64,000 bases of DNA from an uncultured Candidatus Saccharibacteria bacterium. Lineage in GTDB: Bacteria; Patescibacteriota; Minisyncoccia; Phycocordibacterales; PALSA-1337. Of the stretch, positions 20,857 to 30,163 are shown one piece after another. Positions within the stretch are counted from its first letter, which is position 1. Each line of letters opens with the position of its first letter. Below the pieces are notes generated by a model. The model had not been told where the DNA came from, searched no databases, and worked only from the letters and a program-made list of their open reading frames with translations. The translations under genes were made by a program, and so were the position numbers. The stretch covers positions 153,365-217,364 of the forward strand of contig CAYQFS010000001.1 of assembly GCA_964416985.1 (NCBI GenBank). The letters are read 5' to 3'.

Positions 20857-20950
20857 GAATAATTTAGGAGCACTAATCCCCAAGACCTAGTGATTTTGCA
20901 ATAAAAAACTCCGCCTCTATCTTTCACAAAGGAAAAACAGATGCGGAGCT

Positions 20951-21358
20951 TCAGGGTTCCTTGAAGATCTTTCTTGTTACGAAGTAACTAATGACGGTCA
21001 AGATGATAGTGATCGGTATTTGTGCCAAGAGATAATGGACTTTCCAACGTTCGACGAGCAGATAAAGGAGCAGAAAGTTGCTGGATACCGTAAAGACCGC
21101 GAGCCATGTATATTTGCCAGCCTCTCTTCCTGTCTTTTTTCTATCGATGCTTCTAAATGCCCAGAATTTCTGCATGTAGAAATTTACAATGTTATTTACT
21201 AAGAATGCGGCAACTGATGATAGTACATACCACATACCTAGGAATTCCGTAAACGTCCACATGATAATGTAGTAACAAATGACTCCTACACCACCTGCAG
21301 CCAAAAACCGAAAAATCTCAATTAACCGTGTTTTTATATTATTTTGTGCGATGTTCAG
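20951..21358 (-). CDS. GtrA family protein
   Basis: EIFRFLAAGG, WYVLSS, NFYMQKFWAF, YLLAQ; start inferred at CTG 21358 (ORF track gives TTG 21304). Confidence 0.85.
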   Translation of the reverse strand: MNIAQNNIKTRLIEIFRFLAAGGVGVICYYIIMWTFTEFLGMWYVLSSVAAFLVNNIVNFYMQKFWAFRSIDRKKTGREAGKYTWLAVFTVSSNFLLLYLLVERWKVHYLLAQIPITIILTVISYFVTRKIFKEP

Positions 21359-21454
21359 ATACGCCTCCTTTCTTGTTCAGGCCACATAGTATCCACAATT
21401 AGGTATTCAGTCAAACGTGGTATAATTTTGACGGCTACAGAAAGGGGCCTTCCT

Positions 21455-21718
21455 ATGACTGAGGTCGATCAGGTCGATACACGGATTAGGGTAAGTCCTT
21501 GGGATTACTTCATGTTGATAGTCGAAGGATCTCAAAGCGAGTTAAATATGTACTTCACCTCGCTTGCATTGCAAGATCCACACCCATCACCATACGCGTG
21601 TTTTCTCCACTTTAGATACCACGGAGGTAAGGCGGAGCTCGATACGCGCTTCAGAGTTGATCCAGGAGTTCCTTCTCACAGAAGAAGTCTGACGGTTCAA
21701 CTTCCTCTCGCTGCCTGA
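21455..21718 (+). CDS. Hypothetical protein
   Basis: TATAAT at 21421, AAAGGGG SD-like element, ATG 21455, terminator downstream. Confidence 0.55.
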   Translation: MTEVDQVDTRIRVSPWDYFMLIVEGSQSELNMYFTSLALQDPHPSPYACFLHFRYHGGKAELDTRFRVDPGVPSHRRSLTVQLPLAA

Positions 21719-21732
21719 GGCAGCTTTAACAA

Positions 21733-21765
21733 CAGGTGTCCCTCATCGGACACCTGCGTTTTTAT
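21733..21765 (+). terminator. Intrinsic terminator
   Basis: CAGGTGTCC/GGACACCTG stem followed by a T-run. Confidence 0.65.
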
Positions 21766-21811
21766 TCAATTTTTTGAAAAACGATCCATTTTGCTGTATC
21801 ATGTACTTCTC

Positions 21812-23530
21812 ATGAAGCTTTCTCCTTCCCCTAGTATTTTAAGTATCCTCAAACCATACAGGGGGAGCGTCTTTCTCCTTGTTGTTCTAGCTGCGATTGC
21901 CAATGCCCTTGCTCTCGTCATTCCCAAACTTATTTCAAGAGGAATCGATTCATATGCTGCAGGTACTCTTGTCATGAGTACAATCGCGATTGAGTTTAGT
22001 ATCGTTTCTTTCAGTATTTTCGCTCTCACGTACTTTCAGGGCATTATGCAGGTCTATGTCTCTGAAAAGGTTGCACGCGATACGAGAGACAGACTTGCTG
22101 GAAAAATATCGGAATTGAGTTTTGCCGAACTTGAGAAAGAAAAATCGACAAAACTTCTCACATACCTTACGTCGGATATCGATGCTCTCAAGTCATTTGT
22201 TTCTTTTGGGATTGTGACGGTCATTTCGTCGATTGTAGTTATCATCGGGGCGATTATTCTTCTCATGATGATCAATTGGAAGCTCGCACTTGCAGTGCTC
22301 GCTATTTTGCCTTTTATCGGAATTCTTTTTGCCGTTGTTTTTTCTCGGCTCGGACCTCTTTTTAAAAAGACTCAGGAGCTCATAGATAATCTAAACCTCA
22401 TTATCAGCGAAAGTATCATTGGCTCGGCTCTCGTTCGCGTTTTTAATTCTGGAAAGCAGGAAGCTTCAAAATTTAATGACGCTAATACCGAATCAAAAAA
22501 GAACGGCCTGGCTATCCTCAAATATTTTTCTCTCATCATTCCTGCAGTTGGAATTGTTGGGAACCTAGCGTCTCTCATTATCTTGCTTCTCGGAGGACAT
22601 TTTGTAATTGGGGGGACGATGACCATTGGAGATTTTACGGCGTTTCAAAGCTACGTTTTCATTCTCATTTTTCCAATAATTATGCTCGGCTTTGTTTCGA
22701 GCATCATTTCCCAAGCCCAGGCCTCCTATGGCCGAATCTCCGGACTTTTGAATAAACCACATGAAGAAGAAACAGGTACTATCGAAAAAGAACTGAAGGG
22801 AAATCTTGAGGCAAAAAATATTACTCTCGAATATGGAGAAAAGTGTGTTCTTAAAAATGTCTCTTTTAATGTCCGGGCAGGTACGAGAACGGCCATCATA
22901 GGTCCAACCGCAGCGGGGAAGACGCAGCTTTTGAATGTCCTTATTGGGCTTGTAAAGCCGGTATCAGGAAAAGTTCTTTATGATGGAATTCCAGTCGAAG
23001 AATATACTCGACAGGCAGTATATTCCCAGGTTGCAATCGTTTTTCAGGATAGCGTGATGTTCAATCTTACTCTCAGGGAAAATATTGCTTTCAGCACAAC
23101 AGTCAATGATGTCGAACTTGCCAAGGCGATCGATACTGCCGAACTTGGGGATTTTCTTCACACTTTGCCAAAAGGACTCGATACAATTGCCTCGGAAAGG
23201 GGAACCAGTCTTTCGGGGGGACAGAAGCAGCGCATCATGCTCGCGCGAGCGCTCGCATTGAATCCAAGAATCCTCCTTCTTGACGACTTTACTGCACGAG
23301 TCGATGCTCAGACCGAGAAGAAGATTTTGAAAAATATTGAGAAAAACTATCCTGAGATCACCATTATTTCTGTCACCCAGAAGGTGACTTCTGTGAAGCA
23401 TTATGAAAAAATAATTCTTCTTATGGAAGGGGAGATTCTTGCGGAGGGAACTCACGATGAGCTCGAGGATTCATCTCCAGAATACGCACAGATTCTTGAG
23501 TCGCAAAAAAGTACTCAGGCGTATGAATAG
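21812..23530 (+). CDS. ABC exporter ATP-binding/permease, degenerate-site half of a heterodimer
   Basis: GPTAAGKT, LSGGQKQR, Walker B LLLDD, switch His replaced by Gln (SVTQK). Confidence 0.92.
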   Translation: MKLSPSPSILSILKPYRGSVFLLVVLAAIANALALVIPKLISRGIDSYAAGTLVMSTIAIEFSIVSFSIFALTYFQGIMQVYVSEKVARDTRDRLAGKISELSFAELEKEKSTKLLTYLTSDIDALKSFVSFGIVTVISSIVVIIGAIILLMMINWKLALAVLAILPFIGILFAVVFSRLGPLFKKTQELIDNLNLIISESIIGSALVRVFNSGKQEASKFNDANTESKKNGLAILKYFSLIIPAVGIVGNLASLIILLLGGHFVIGGTMTIGDFTAFQSYVFILIFPIIMLGFVSSIISQAQASYGRISGLLNKPHEEETGTIEKELKGNLEAKNITLEYGEKCVLKNVSFNVRAGTRTAIIGPTAAGKTQLLNVLIGLVKPVSGKVLYDGIPVEEYTRQAVYSQVAIVFQDSVMFNLTLRENIAFSTTVNDVELAKAIDTAELGDFLHTLPKGLDTIASERGTSLSGGQKQRIMLARALALNPRILLLDDFTARVDAQTEKKILKNIEKNYPEITIISVTQKVTSVKHYEKIILLMEGEILAEGTHDELEDSSPEYAQILESQKSTQAYE

Positions 23531-23543
23531 AAACTTTTAAAAT

Positions 23544-25319
23544 ATGAATTATTCACTTTCAAAAATTAAAGACGAGCACGAGGAAAAAGTTTCTTGGATT
23601 TCTTCTGTGCGAAAAATGTTGCCAGTTCTTTCGGGAGAGAGGACGAAGCTTGTGATCGTGCTTACTACGCTCATTTTGAACTCGGTTCTGACTCTCATTG
23701 GACCGCTTGTTATCGGGCATGTCATCAACACCTTCATCATTGCGGGGAATTTTAGGGGAGTTGTCATGTACTCACTGCTTCTCGTTGTTATTTACGCTGG
23801 AGCTTTCACTGCAAACTATATTCAAATAAAAACAATGGGAGCAGTAGCACAAAGGACGCTTTTTAGGCTTCGAAACATGATTTTTGGAAAGCTCATGGAA
23901 CTTCCTCTAGCATTTTTCAATCAAAATAAATCTGGAGATCTCATTTCTCGCATCAATAACGACACGAGTAAATTGAATCAATTTTTCTCCGAAGGCCTCA
24001 TGCGTTTTGCCGGTACATTTTTCATCATTTCCGGAGCGGCTGTTTTTGTCATTGTCATTAACTGGAAGCTTGCCCTTGCATCTCTCGCACCGGCAGCGGT
24101 AGCTTTTGTTATTACCCGAGTCATTTCTCCATGGGTCAAAAGGACGACAGGAAAAAGTCTTCGTGCAAATGGGGCACTCAGCAGCGAAGCGCAGGAGAGT
24201 ATGACAAACTTCAAGGTCATCCTCGCTTTCAATCGCCGTGATTATTTCCGAAAAAAGTTTGCAGAGGTGAATCAAAATAACTTTAAAGCAGCTTTCAGGG
24301 CTGGAATTGCAAATGAGATTTTTACACCCATTTTTGAATGGTCAGCAAATGTCGCCCTCCTCATTGTTCTTGCATACGGAATTCATTTAATCGATGTGCA
24401 GGCGTTTACCGTCGGATTTCTCGTGAGCTTCGTCATTTACATCACTCGTTTCTATGATCCTCTTCGTGAAATGGCTCGTCTATGGTCAACATTCCAGACT
24501 GCTCTTGCTGCATGGGATCGCATCGGAGAAATTCTTCGTCTCACATCTGACCTTACAATTGTCAAAGACACCGAAATTACCAAAAACAAAAATTCTGTAA
24601 TCGAATTTAAAAATGTCTCCTTTGCATATCCTGAAGGAGCTATAGTCCTCAAGCACGCAAGCTTTTCATTTGAAAAGGGAAAAACCTATGCTCTCGTTGG
24701 TCCAACTGGGGGAGGAAAAACGACCACAGCTTCTCTCATTGCTCGTCTCTATGATCCAACTGCGGGAACCATTTTTCTTGATGGTAAGGACATTCGTACC
24801 TATGATCCTATAGTGCGTACCCAGAAGATCGGCTTCATTCTTCAGGAAGCATTTCTCTTTAGCGGGACGGTGCGTGAAAATATTCTCTATGGAAATAGCC
24901 AGTATATTGAGAAGGGAATTGAAAAAGGAAAAGAGGCTCTCGAAAAAGATCTTCGTGATTCAGGCCTTTCAGAACTTTTGAAAAGATTTGATAAAGGTCT
25001 CGACACACCAATAGGCGCTCACAGCGAACTTTCTCTTGGTGAACGCCAGCTCATTGCGTTTATTCGCGCGGTGCTTCGAAAGCCGGAAATTCTTATTCTC
25101 GATGAAGCAACTGCAAATATAGATACTGTCACAGAAAAACTTCTCGAGGATGTTCTCAAAAAATTGCCAAAGGAAACGACCCGGGTTATTATCGCTCATC
25201 GTCTCAACACTATTGAAAATGCTGATGGAATATTCTTTGTAAATGGTGGAGATATTGTAGAAGCGGGTTCAATGGATCACGCTGTTGAAATGCTCCTTCA
25301 TCACAAGAGAAAAAGTTAG
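23544..25319 (+). CDS. ABC exporter ATP-binding/permease, consensus half
   Basis: GPTGGGKT, LSLGERQ, LILDEAT, IAHRL. Confidence 0.92.
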   Translation: MNYSLSKIKDEHEEKVSWISSVRKMLPVLSGERTKLVIVLTTLILNSVLTLIGPLVIGHVINTFIIAGNFRGVVMYSLLLVVIYAGAFTANYIQIKTMGAVAQRTLFRLRNMIFGKLMELPLAFFNQNKSGDLISRINNDTSKLNQFFSEGLMRFAGTFFIISGAAVFVIVINWKLALASLAPAAVAFVITRVISPWVKRTTGKSLRANGALSSEAQESMTNFKVILAFNRRDYFRKKFAEVNQNNFKAAFRAGIANEIFTPIFEWSANVALLIVLAYGIHLIDVQAFTVGFLVSFVIYITRFYDPLREMARLWSTFQTALAAWDRIGEILRLTSDLTIVKDTEITKNKNSVIEFKNVSFAYPEGAIVLKHASFSFEKGKTYALVGPTGGGKTTTASLIARLYDPTAGTIFLDGKDIRTYDPIVRTQKIGFILQEAFLFSGTVRENILYGNSQYIEKGIEKGKEALEKDLRDSGLSELLKRFDKGLDTPIGAHSELSLGERQLIAFIRAVLRKPEILILDEATANIDTVTEKLLEDVLKKLPKETTRVIIAHRLNTIENADGIFFVNGGDIVEAGSMDHAVEMLLHHKRKS

Positions 25320-25864
25320 TTTTTCTGGAGTTTTTTTACCACCTCTTCACATTTAAGGAAAAGGTCTTCGAGTGTCCCATTATTTTCTATGACAATGTCA
25401 GCCATCTCAATGACTTTTCCGACATTCTGGCCGTTCCTGTCCTTGCTTTCATTTTCCTCTTCTTCTATTTTCTTGAAATCTTCGAACGTTACTTCGTCAC
25501 CGATTCTCCCTCTCTTTTTTGAAAATTCATAGCGCCTCTCCATGGGTGCAACGACAGCAATCACTGTACCTCCGAGTTTTTTGAATGTTTCGACTTCGTC
25601 AATTGCTCTAAGACCGCTCACGATGAGATTTTCCTTTGTTTTTTCAAAAGCGACTCTCACGAGGTAGTCACCACCGTGTTTTGCTCGGAGTTCGTTTGCG
25701 TGTTTGTGAACATTCGGCCGGTCGAGAGTACCAAGGTTATTTTTTGTAATGTAATCTCTGATGAGGTCACTGCTTGAAATGTGGTGAAGGGAATATTTCT
25801 TGGCGACGTACTCTGCCGCTGTGTCCTTGCCTCCAACTGGATGTCCAACAAATGCTAGTTTCAT
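25316..25864 (-). CDS. P-loop nucleotide kinase-like protein (dephospho-CoA kinase/UPF0200-like)
   Basis: GHPVGGKDT, SGLR..DEV, ADIVIENNGT. Confidence 0.75.
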   Translation of the reverse strand: MKLAFVGHPVGGKDTAAEYVAKKYSLHHISSSDLIRDYITKNNLGTLDRPNVHKHANELRAKHGGDYLVRVAFEKTKENLIVSGLRAIDEVETFKKLGGTVIAVVAPMERRYEFSKKRGRIGDEVTFEDFKKIEEEENESKDRNGQNVGKVIEMADIVIENNGTLEDLFLKCEEVVKKLQKN

Positions 25865-25940
25865 GTTCGTATTCTAGCATGGTTTTTAAAAAAGGTTTTA
25901 AATTGGCCAAAATCCATAGGGAAAACCTTGACAAAATGCG

Positions 25941-25981
25941 ACTTTATCAAAACTTTATTTATTTTTAGGTATTTCTTGATC
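25941..25981 (+). promoter_or_regulatory. 11-bp-phased direct-repeat array, copy 4
   Basis: ACTTTATC 25941, ACTTTATT 25952, TCTTGATC 25974, then 10 nt and TAGGGT, ATG 6 nt later. Confidence 0.65.
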
Positions 25982-26003
25982 ACCCCTTTGCTAGGGTAAG
26001 GGA

Positions 26004-26441
26004 ATGTCTATAAAAAATATTTTAGAAAGAGTAAATAAAAATAAAACAGGAATTTTTAGAAGGGATTCAGAGCTGATTGTAACTCTACCTGAGGAGATAT
26101 CATGTATTATCGGTGATGATAAAATTCACCTTTCCGAATTTATCGTAGCAAAAGTGAGAGGATTCATAAAAGATAAGGTCGGGCATCCTGAGATAACTGA
26201 TGATATTTTTCTTAAAATTCCTCAGAATTTATCGAATCCGAAAGAAATCCTCCAAGATATTAGGGCCAGTAAAAAATACCTCTTTATTAATGCAAATCCT
26301 CTTCATGAAATTGTTGTCGAGATTTTCCGCAGAGAATCGGGTAGAACTGAGATAAATACCATTCATATCATCAACATCCATGAACTAAAACGACTGGAAC
26401 ATAAATTTCCAGTCGTTTATAGCTCTGGCGGAACCCCCTGA
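26004..26441 (+). CDS. Hypothetical protein, possible RelE/PBECR-like nuclease fold
   Basis: 145 aa; GHPEIT...IPQNLSNPKEIL...YLF...VVEI...INTIH pattern; fold call is inference. Confidence 0.55.
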   Translation: MSIKNILERVNKNKTGIFRRDSELIVTLPEEISCIIGDDKIHLSEFIVAKVRGFIKDKVGHPEITDDIFLKIPQNLSNPKEILQDIRASKKYLFINANPLHEIVVEIFRRESGRTEINTIHIINIHELKRLEHKFPVVYSSGGTP

Positions 26442-26524
26442 TTCCGCATGCGTGCGCCTCCTTTTGAGAGACCGCTGGTGGGGGACTTTCCAGTCTTCAG
26501 ATGTTTCTACTTACTGTAGAATGT
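26420..26524 (-). ncRNA. Candidate structured antisense RNA
   Basis: Promoter TTGACT-16-TATACT (26558-26531); multi-stem fold with complementary CCCC/GGGG loops. Confidence 0.5.
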
Positions 26525-26597
26525 ACTATAAGTATATGAATCTCATTAAAGAAGTCAAGATTTTGTGAATGTCTTGTATGCGTGTTAAAATTTGGTT

Positions 26598-27236
26598 ATG
26601 AAAATAACCAAGCTCGGACATTGCTGTCTTCTCATCGAGACGAATGGGGTTCGTATTGTTACTGACCCAGGCAATTATTCTACAGCCCAGGATGCCGTTA
26701 CAGACATTGATTTTATTGTCATAAGTCACGAGCATACTGACCATCTCCATATCGAATCAGTCAAAAATCTTTTGAAGAATAATCCTCAGGCAAAAATCAT
26801 TACAAATGCTTCGGTGGGAAAAATTCTCACCAAAGAAAATATTCCTTTTTCTGTTGTAGCTCATAGCCAGTCTGCAGATCTCAAAGGAGTTTCTTTAAAG
26901 GGATGGGGAACGAAGCATGCTGTTATCTATAAGATGCTCGAGGATACTGAAAATACAGGTTATGTTTTTGCAGAAAAATTCTTCTATCCGGGAGATGCTT
27001 TTACTCCTCCTAACATGGAAATTGAAATTCTAGCTCTCCCTGTCGCTGGTCCATGGATGAAACTATCTGAAGCAATCGAGTATGCTCTTCTCGTTAAGCC
27101 AAAGAAATGTTTTCCTGTCCATGACGAAAATCTAAAAACCTATGGTATTAGTCATCGTCTTCCCGGAATTGAGCTTCCAAAATCCGGCATTGAATTTATT
27201 CCTTGCGCCTCTGGTCAAACATTAGAATTTAATTAA
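26598..27236 (+). CDS. MBL-fold metallo-hydrolase
   Basis: ITKLGHCC, DPG, SHEHTDH, YPGD, PVH. Confidence 0.9.
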   Translation: MKITKLGHCCLLIETNGVRIVTDPGNYSTAQDAVTDIDFIVISHEHTDHLHIESVKNLLKNNPQAKIITNASVGKILTKENIPFSVVAHSQSADLKGVSLKGWGTKHAVIYKMLEDTENTGYVFAEKFFYPGDAFTPPNMEIEILALPVAGPWMKLSEAIEYALLVKPKKCFPVHDENLKTYGISHRLPGIELPKSGIEFIPCASGQTLEFN

Positions 27237-27245
27237 ATAAAATAT

Positions 27246-27704
27246 ATGCGTGAACAACTCGATAATTTTGATACGTGGTTCATTCATTTCCTCCGAAGGA
27301 TAAGCGTTCCTCTTGGTCGCTTTGCTTTGTTTGTTGTTTTTTTCTGGTTTGGCATTCTCAAAATATTTGGCACAAGTCCCGCGAACCCCATGGTCTCTGA
27401 CCTCCTCCATGTCACAATGCCTTTCATGTCGTGGGATGTTTTTATTATTCTTTTTGCTATTTATGAAATTCTCATTGGTATTGCCTTTCTCATTCCTCGC
27501 TGCGAACGTCTCGCAATCGCCCTTCTCATTCCTCATATGATTATGACTTCTCTTCCTCTCATGTTTCTTACTGACATGACATGGCAAGGATTTCTCACGC
27601 CAACACTTGAAGGTCAGTACATTATCAAGAATCTCGTGATTGTGGCTCTCGCTCTGGGAATCGCGGCACATCTGCACCCGTTTCACTTGAAGAAAAAGGG
27701 ATAA
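27246..27704 (+). CDS. DoxX-like membrane protein
   Basis: FFWFGILK, EILIG, EGQYIIKNLV. Confidence 0.8.
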   Translation: MREQLDNFDTWFIHFLRRISVPLGRFALFVVFFWFGILKIFGTSPANPMVSDLLHVTMPFMSWDVFIILFAIYEILIGIAFLIPRCERLAIALLIPHMIMTSLPLMFLTDMTWQGFLTPTLEGQYIIKNLVIVALALGIAAHLHPFHLKKKG

Positions 27705-27724
27705 AAGGAGATAATGGGGGTCTT

Positions 27725-29560
27725 ATGTCTACCTCTTCCTTACAGAAAAATGAGCCAAGGAAATTTCCGCATGTTTCGAATTTTGCTGTCGTAAAAGAAT
27801 ACTTATGTGTGGCTCAACAACACTGGTTTCTTGCCATAGTCACTATATTCGGTTGGGTTCTAGCCACTCTTTCTTTCTCTGTAATTTCGCCCATTTTCTA
27901 TAAAAAGTTTTTTGATATTATTGCAATTTCTTCTTTTGGAGATGCCGGAGTAGTTTCCTCACTTATACACATTGTCTATATTCTTCTCGCTATAAATATT
28001 ACAGGTTGGGCTGGGTATCGAATCGCGGGATTCGCTACAACATATTTCCAATCTAAAGTCGTGAAAAAATTAAGCGAAAAAGCTTTCGATCATGTAATTT
28101 CTCATTCGCACAGTTTTTTCATGAATAATTTTGCAGGAAGTCTTGTTCAAAGGGTAAATAGGTTCTCTCGTTCATTCATGCGTTTTTCTGATCAGATCAT
28201 TGAGAATGTTCTACCTCTTACAATAAAAGTCGTTGGTAGTATTTTTGTACTTTATATAACTATTCCCATCATGGCGTATATGGTGGCTGGTTGGATTACT
28301 ATCTTCATGGTTGCCTCCTATTGTTTTGCAAAAATTAAACTCAAGTACGACATTCTTTCTGCTCAAGCTGACTCGAGAATGGTAGGAACTCTTTCAGATT
28401 CGATAACAAATCATAGTTCAGTACAGCTTTTCAATGGACATCTCCAAGAATCAAATTTATTTAGAAGAGCAACGAATAATTTGACCAACCTTGCAATTTT
28501 CAGATGGAATCTTGGTTCTGTAATGGAAGCAGCTCAATCTGCGGTTACTCTCGTCGTTGAATTTTTCGTCTTTTATTATGGAATAAAATATTGGTCAGCT
28601 GGGTTACTCACTGTGGGTACTTTTGTTCTCGTGCAATTTTATATGACGGATGTAGGAACGAATTTATGGGGCTTCGGTAGGATTATACGAAATGTTTATG
28701 AAGCGATCGCTGATGGAAAGGAAATGGTCGAGATTCTCCACCTTCCTCACGAAATTAAGAACATACAGGGTGCTACGGAGCTTTCTGTGCCCCAGGGATC
28801 TATTGAATTTAGAGATGTTACCTTTGGATTTTCTGAAAATCGTAATGTTTTTAAAGGCCTCAATCTCTCTATCCGCCCTGGAGAAAAAGTGGCTCTCATC
28901 GGCTCGTCTGGAGCGGGTAAATCGACACTCGTGAAATTATTGCTTCGTTTGCACGACATACAGGGTGGAGAGATCCTTATTGATGGACAAAATATTGCAA
29001 AAGTCACTCAGGAAAGCCTTCGAGAAAATATAAGCTTGGTTCCGCAGGATCCGGCACTCTTCCATCGTACGCTTATGGAAAATATTCGCTATGGAAAAAG
29101 GGATGCAAGCGATGCGGAGGTGCTCGAAGTTTCAAAGATGGCACACTGCGATATTTTCATTAGGGATTTTCCGCATCAGTACGAGACATTTGTTGGGGAG
29201 CGAGGGGTAAAACTTTCGGGGGGAGAACGACAGAGGGTAGCGATTGCTCGAGCATTGCTCAAAAATGCCCCAATACTTGTTCTTGATGAAGCAACATCGT
29301 CACTTGATTCGCATTCGGAGTCGCTCATCCAGGATGCATTGAATACTTTGATGAAAGGAAAGACGACAATCGTCATTGCTCACCGGCTCTCAACGATCAG
29401 AAAGATGGATCGCATCATTGTCCTTGGAAAAGAAGGAATACTTGAGGAAGGAAGTCACGAAGAGCTTCTCGTAAAGGATAAAGGAATGTATTCAAAGCTC
29501 TGGAATCTCCAAGCTGGAGGATTTTCTGACAAGAGTATCGAGGAATTACTTGAAAATTAA
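27725..29560 (+). CDS. ABC exporter ATP-binding/permease
   Basis: GSSGAGKS, LSGGERQR, LVLDEATS, IAHRLST. Confidence 0.93.
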   Translation: MSTSSLQKNEPRKFPHVSNFAVVKEYLCVAQQHWFLAIVTIFGWVLATLSFSVISPIFYKKFFDIIAISSFGDAGVVSSLIHIVYILLAINITGWAGYRIAGFATTYFQSKVVKKLSEKAFDHVISHSHSFFMNNFAGSLVQRVNRFSRSFMRFSDQIIENVLPLTIKVVGSIFVLYITIPIMAYMVAGWITIFMVASYCFAKIKLKYDILSAQADSRMVGTLSDSITNHSSVQLFNGHLQESNLFRRATNNLTNLAIFRWNLGSVMEAAQSAVTLVVEFFVFYYGIKYWSAGLLTVGTFVLVQFYMTDVGTNLWGFGRIIRNVYEAIADGKEMVEILHLPHEIKNIQGATELSVPQGSIEFRDVTFGFSENRNVFKGLNLSIRPGEKVALIGSSGAGKSTLVKLLLRLHDIQGGEILIDGQNIAKVTQESLRENISLVPQDPALFHRTLMENIRYGKRDASDAEVLEVSKMAHCDIFIRDFPHQYETFVGERGVKLSGGERQRVAIARALLKNAPILVLDEATSSLDSHSESLIQDALNTLMKGKTTIVIAHRLSTIRKMDRIIVLGKEGILEEGSHEELLVKDKGMYSKLWNLQAGGFSDKSIEELLEN

Positions 29561-29571
29561 TTATCGTAATC

Positions 29572-30021
29572 ATGAAAACAAAATATACCATTCTTTGCAT
29601 AGTAATTGTCATCATCGCCGGTCTTGTTGCGATTTTTGCACGACCTTGGGCAAATGTTGTTGAGGGGCCTTCATTGAAAATTGGAAAAGAAAAAATTACC
29701 TTGATTGTTTCCGATACTCCGGAAGAAAGAGAAAAAGGACTCGGAGATCTCGAATTACTCCCAGAAAATTCTGTCATGCTCTTTACGTTCGAAAATCCTG
29801 ACAAATACGGTATCTGGATGAAGGATATGAAATTTCCAATTGATATTATTTGGCTTGATGAATCAAAGAAGATTGTAACTATCGAAAGTGATGTTTCTCC
29901 TGATACATACCCCGAAATATTTTATCCCACAGAAAACAGCTTTTATGTAATTGAAAGCAACGCCGGTTTTGCTGAAAAAAATAATCTCAGAACGGGCGAT
30001 ACACTCGATTTTTCACTTTAA
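29572..30021 (+). CDS. DUF192 family protein
   Basis: EREKGL, MLF.F, IWMKDMKFPIDIIWLD, YVIE.NAG. Confidence 0.88.
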   Translation: MKTKYTILCIVIVIIAGLVAIFARPWANVVEGPSLKIGKEKITLIVSDTPEEREKGLGDLELLPENSVMLFTFENPDKYGIWMKDMKFPIDIIWLDESKKIVTIESDVSPDTYPEIFYPTENSFYVIESNAGFAEKNNLRTGDTLDFSL

Positions 30022-30077
30022 TTTTTTTCTTCTATTTACACAGGTTCATTTCTGTTTCTCATTGATAAAAGAACGAG

Positions 30078-30086
30078 TTATCCACA
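30078..30086 (+). promoter_or_regulatory. Perfect DnaA box upstream of nrdA
   Basis: TTATCCACA. Confidence 0.55.
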
Positions 30087-30163
30087 GGACGCATCATCTC
30101 AAAAAGAAGTAAAATAATCCTTACGCACAAAAATTACAAGCCTTTTTTAGCCCCATAATCACA

